NCBI GenBank assembly: GCA_976226885.1
Contig: OZ320321.1
Location: 12,338,001 to 12,402,000, forward strand
Direction: 5' to 3'
DNA length: 64,000 nt
DNA from: Iphione sp. A-MEVVRFRX5
Taxonomy: Eukaryota
This document shows positions 63,409 through 64,000 of the stretch, piece after piece; position 1 is the first letter of the stretch, and every line of letters begins with the position of its first letter. Made by a program: the position numbers and the translations under genes. The notes under the pieces are model-generated. The model saw only the letters and a program-made list of their open reading frames with translations, had not been told where the DNA came from and did no database searches.

Positions 63409-64000
63409 CTAATTGGGCACTAAGGTGTGGCGGGGCTTCAAGCCCTGCCTGATCATTTCACGTTCCATAGCGTCATCAACTCCTTGGTTCAGCTTTTGTA
63501 CAATAATCCAGTGGTCGAAGAGCACCTCGGCAGCCGGTACCATCCTAGGTGGAGGCGCTCGTCCTTCTGCTGCACGCATGAGTCGGTTCAGGGGGGTCGG
63601 GTTATATTCAACCACCCTTCGATCGTGATCGCCTATATCACCAGTCTTGACACGTTTCGCCAGGTTGGGCTCGGGGATATATGGCGGCTGCTGCTGGGCG
63701 TGGTAGGCAGTACCATGAGATGTAGATGCAGTGGCAGTCACAGTCGAATTGCGCGATGTCGTGGGTTGCGAACTATACTTGCCTTTAGGTGTAGTGGTGT
63801 TCGAGCTTGTTGCAAAGTTCGAACTCCCCGATGGTAAGTCTGGGCGTGATTTCGAGGTGTTTGGGAGCTTGTGCTTGGCAGTGGAAACGGAATTAGCTTG
63901 GTTGGTGGGCGCTAAGGATATGGTCGATTTCACCTTGGGGGCTGTGGATGAGTTGGAAGCCCCTACCGGGTGTTTCACAGAGTGTCCATTTCCCAGAGTT
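63409..64000 (-). CDS. 3' part of an unidentified ORF entering from the right edge (at least 196 codons)
   Basis: The frame is open from the window edge (TLGNGHSVKHPV...) to TAG at 63411-63409. An S/T-rich disordered part is followed by a more complex C-terminal region of about 90 aa. Confidence 0.5.
   Translation of the reverse strand, partial: TLGNGHSVKHPVGASNSSTAPKVKSTISLAPTNQANSVSTAKHKLPNTSKSRPDLPSGSSNFATSSNTTTPKGKYSSQPTTSRNSTVTATASTSHGTAYHAQQQPPYIPEPNLAKRVKTGDIGDHDRRVVEYNPTPLNRLMRAAEGRAPPPRMVPAAEVLFDHWIIVQKLNQGVDDAMEREMIRQGLKPRHTLVPN

Overview
Repeat-rich metazoan (probably invertebrate) genomic DNA: GT-AG splice signals, microsatellites, four N-gaps of about 150 nt, and no prokaryotic operon structure. 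The left edge holds the 5' end of an intact-looking Ty3/gypsy LTR retrotransposon on the minus strand, with a 435-bp LTR, a 23-nt tRNA-Leu PBS, gag with a CCHC knuckle and a canonical -1 frameshift signal. A near-intact APE-RT LINE ORF2 (39254-42106, minus) has a single in-frame stop. There are also decayed gypsy pol and LINE fragments, a Penelope-type hammerhead ribozyme motif, two copies of a tRNA-derived SINE, several Tc1/mariner- and PIF/Harbinger-type MITEs and many minisatellites. The one convincing host coding exon is a GC-rich exon (about 50.9-51.8 kb, plus) of a claudin/PMP22-superfamily membrane protein. Its frame stays open for 213 codons before the first in-frame AUG. An unidentified ORF runs off the right edge. 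Most other ORFs in the track are chance or repeat-derived. All family assignments rest on motif recognition by eye; no database searches were run.
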